64,000 nucleotides of DNA from Candidatus Bathyarchaeum tardum (GTDB lineage Archaea; Thermoproteota; Bathyarchaeia; Bathyarchaeales; Bathyarchaeaceae). A program made the translations under genes and the position numbers. Location: the NCBI GenBank assembly GCA_024650005.2, contig CP122380.1, forward strand, positions 160,001-224,000. The letters are read 5' to 3'. Shown here one piece after another: positions 61,531-64,000 of the stretch. Position 1 is the stretch's first letter. Each line of letters begins with the position of its first letter. The notes beneath the pieces are model-generated. The model made no database searches and had not been told where the DNA came from. It worked only from the letters and a program-made list of their open reading frames with translations.

Positions 61531-61727
61531 CCTCCTCATCAATTCAAAGAATTAACATCTTTGACGCCTTGCATACTGCCATAACGTCAAAAGACAAAAA
61601 ACAACTTAGATTCGCAAAATGTCCACAATGTGGTCGACACACGCCCTACCGAATAGAAAACCTGGGTGACAATGGCCTTCGCTGCAAGCGATGTGGTTCT
61701 CGTATTTCGTTGTATTATCGACAATGA
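61527..61727 (+). CDS. Small zinc-ribbon protein
   Basis: CPQCG...CKRCG; ATGA overlap with the padR stop. Confidence 0.65.
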   Translation: MTSSSIQRINIFDALHTAITSKDKKQLRFAKCPQCGRHTPYRIENLGDNGLRCKRCGSRISLYYRQ

Positions 61728-61762
61728 AATGCGAATAAAGGTTGTTTTGTGTGGATTGTTTG

Positions 61763-61978
61763 TTAGGTTCTTGCTAGTTCTTTTTTGAGTTTGTTTACGA
61801 AGTTTTCTTCGTTTTCAGCAATTTTCTTTTTTACTTCTTTCCATGTTTCAGAGCAATTCTTGTATTGGACTCCAACTATGCTGTGGATTGTTTTGTCGAT
61901 GTCTTTTTTGTTTTCTTTTGTGACTTGTATTTCTGCTTTTTCGAAAAGAGCGTTCAAGTGTCTAAAGTAGCATGTCAT
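61763..61978 (-). CDS. Small conserved hypothetical protein
   Basis: MTCYFRHL...NCSETWKEVK; start moved to ATG 61978. Confidence 0.6.
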   Translation of the reverse strand: MTCYFRHLNALFEKAEIQVTKENKKDIDKTIHSIVGVQYKNCSETWKEVKKKIAENEENFVNKLKKELART

Positions 61979-62032
61979 ATAATCTGAATATCCGTTTAGC
62001 AATATTTATAAACTGGTGTATGTTTGAGTAAT

Positions 62033-62048
62033 CGGCAATAGGTTGCCG
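62033..62048. promoter_or_regulatory. NrpR-like operator variant upstream of the glutamate synthase operon
   Basis: CGGCA-ATAGGT-TGCCG perfect arms, about 20 bp downstream of TTTATAAA; same geometry as the methanococcal GGAA-N6-TTCC. Confidence 0.6.
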
Positions 62049-62087
62049 TATGCCAACAAGTGAAGTAGTGGAGAGCGAAAAAATAAC

Positions 62088-62531
62088 ATGAAAAGAATAT
62101 CCGTCAAAGAAGATGCATGCATAGGCTGCGGAATATGCCAAGTTTACTGTACTTTAGAACACTCAAAAAGCAAAGACGCCATCAAAGCCTACCTAAAAGA
62201 AGACCCTAAACCAGTCAGCAGAATTCGTATCGAAACTAACAAACCAGTTTCAATGTCAATCCGGTGCCAGCACTGTAAAGACACCCCGTGTGTGTATGCT
62301 TGTCTTGCTGGGGCAATGACTCTTGACAAAAAAACTGGTCTAGTAATTCATGACCCTGAAAAATGCATGGGCTGTTGGACCTGTATTATGGTTTGTCCAT
62401 ATGGTGCGGTAAAGCCTGATTCTTCAGGAAAAATAATTGCAAAATGTGACCTTTGCCCAAACCTAGATGTTCCTGCATGTGTGACTAACTGCCCCAACGA
62501 TGCGTTATTGTGTGAAACGGTGGAAGAATAA
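62088..62531 (+). CDS. 4Fe-4S dicluster protein (glutamate synthase operon electron-transfer subunit)
   Basis: CIGCGICQVYC, CQHCKDTPCVYAC, CMGCWTCIMVCP and KCDLC..PACVTNCP. Confidence 0.92.
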   Translation: MKRISVKEDACIGCGICQVYCTLEHSKSKDAIKAYLKEDPKPVSRIRIETNKPVSMSIRCQHCKDTPCVYACLAGAMTLDKKTGLVIHDPEKCMGCWTCIMVCPYGAVKPDSSGKIIAKCDLCPNLDVPACVTNCPNDALLCETVEE

Positions 62532-62532
62532 A

Positions 62533-63807
62533 ATGGTGAAATACTTGATTATTGGGGGCTCTGCAGGAGGTGTTGGAGCCGTTGAAGCAATACGTGAAGT
62601 TGATCCAACTGGTACGATAGCACTAATTTCCGAAGAGGTTTTTCCTCAGTATTCCCGTCCAATGATTTCCGAATTTGTCAGTCAAGAAGCGACTCTTGCT
62701 ACTATGAAATACCGTAGTGAACAGTTCTGGAAGAAACACAACGTCCACGCATACACGGGAAAAACTGCACTGAACATTGATTTTGACAAAAAAATCGTGA
62801 AACTTGATGACGGACAAAAACTAGAATATGAAAAACTGCTACTTGCCACTGGGGGTCGACCAGTTGTTCCCCAAATGGATGGAGTAACAAAGGAGGGGGT
62901 TTTCACTTTCACTGAACTTGCTAGCGCAGAAGGCATAACCTCTAAACTGCAGCACGCAAAATCTGCTGTGGTTCTTGGTGGAGGTCTTATTGGAGTAAGC
63001 GTAGCTGATGCCTTGGTGAAACGTGGAATAAAAATAACCTTAATCGAATTAAATGACAGACTGATTCATGTTGTTTTGGATGAAAAAGCTTCTGAACTTG
63101 CTGAAACAGTGATAAAAGCCACCGGAACAAAGCTGATTCTTAGTCAAACAGTAAAGCAAATTCTCGGAAAACAAGGAAACCCCAACGAAGTGGGTGGGGT
63201 ACTTCTTCAAGATGACACAATAATTTCTTGTGATTTAGTTGTTCTTGCTGTTGGGGTTAATCCACGAATAGAACTTGTTGAAGATTCAAAAGTGGAAATT
63301 CAAAAAGGAATAATTGTTGACCGTTTCATGCAAACCAACATTCCCGACGTTTACGCATGTGGAGATGCAACAGAAGCCCACGATTTTCTGGTAAAAGAAA
63401 ACCGGCGTTTGCCCCTATGGCCTTTAGCTCATGTAGGCGGACGAGTAGCTGGATACAACATGGCTGGTCAAACAACAGAATACGAGGGCGGCACCGTAAT
63501 GAGTTCCATGAACTACTTCCGATTGCCTATTATATCAGTGGGAAAAATTAACCCCGAAGATAGCAGTGAATATGAAATACTTGTTGATGTTCAACCTGAA
63601 AAGCCAGTTTACAGAAAAATTGTCCTCAAAGATGATGTTATTGTAGGCTTCATCTTCTTGGGTGAAGTTGAAAAAGCAGGAATACTGTTCCGATTAATTA
63701 AAAACCAAGTTAACGTAGCTGAAGTTAAGGAAAAACTTCTTTCCAAAGACTTTGGAATAATTAGTTTGCCTGAAACTGTAAGAAAAGAAATGTTTGTGGT
63801 GCATTAA
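62533..63807 (+). CDS. FAD-dependent pyridine nucleotide-disulfide oxidoreductase (NirB/rubredoxin-reductase-like)
   Basis: IIGGSAGG, LLLATGG, GGGLIG and TNIPDVYACGD motifs. Confidence 0.9.
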   Translation: MVKYLIIGGSAGGVGAVEAIREVDPTGTIALISEEVFPQYSRPMISEFVSQEATLATMKYRSEQFWKKHNVHAYTGKTALNIDFDKKIVKLDDGQKLEYEKLLLATGGRPVVPQMDGVTKEGVFTFTELASAEGITSKLQHAKSAVVLGGGLIGVSVADALVKRGIKITLIELNDRLIHVVLDEKASELAETVIKATGTKLILSQTVKQILGKQGNPNEVGGVLLQDDTIISCDLVVLAVGVNPRIELVEDSKVEIQKGIIVDRFMQTNIPDVYACGDATEAHDFLVKENRRLPLWPLAHVGGRVAGYNMAGQTTEYEGGTVMSSMNYFRLPIISVGKINPEDSSEYEILVDVQPEKPVYRKIVLKDDVIVGFIFLGEVEKAGILFRLIKNQVNVAEVKEKLLSKDFGIISLPETVRKEMFVVH

Positions 63808-63808
63808 C

Positions 63809-64000
63809 ATGAAGAATCTTACTAAAGTTAACAACCCTTACGGCGACGAAAAAGTCTTTGATGCCTGTTCCATATTTGGCATGATGAACCTCAAAGGAGA
63901 AAGGTTCTCCGCAAAAGACCCCATGCGAGCAATCGCTAACATGCATGACCGTGGAAACGGTTTAGGAGGTGGTTTTGCAGCGTATGGAATATACCCCGAA
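63809..64000 (+). CDS. Class II glutamine amidotransferase (archaeal glutamate synthase GltB domain 1), N-terminal fragment running off the window
   Basis: Hand translation MKNLTKVNNPYGDEKVFDACSIFGMMN...MHDRGNGLGGGFAAYGIYPE. Confidence 0.82.
   Translation, partial: MKNLTKVNNPYGDEKVFDACSIFGMMNLKGERFSAKDPMRAIANMHDRGNGLGGGFAAYGIYPE

Overview
This is an archaeal chromosomal segment, most likely from Bathyarchaeia. That assignment is inference from gene content and style: Sm-rpl37e pair, intron-containing tRNA, fwdB, NrpR, membrane-anchored wHTH proteins and PEF-CTERM-tailed NosD proteins. Most of the window is housekeeping: argG-argH-carA-carB, the aspartate-semialdehyde sulfurtransferase (homocysteine) operon, class III ribonucleotide reductase, pyrB and pyrI split by a pst/phoU cluster, hsp20, acs, gdh-nrpR, guaAB, grpE-dnaK-dnaJ and the start of an archaeal glutamate synthase operon. 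It also holds two tRNAs and a small decayed island (integrase remnant plus AbiE type IV toxin-antitoxin) next to tRNA-Ile. The most striking element is a 740-aa winged-HTH + ATP-cone + NrdD-fold protein directly upstream of the real nrdH-nrdD. It lacks both catalytic cysteine motifs and stops just before the glycyl-radical residue, so it is a candidate nucleotide-sensing transcription factor built from a dead class III RNR. Other signals read from the DNA are: paired GTCAA-N6-TTGAC operators at three surface-protein promoters, a variant NrpR-like box, a His-less corrinoid-binding protein, a tRNA-Arg with a non-canonical 29/30 intron, two small ORFs missing from the ORF track (desulforedoxin, Zn finger), an HNH pseudogene and a dispersed ~47-bp repeat. 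All calls come from reading motifs by eye; no database searches were run.
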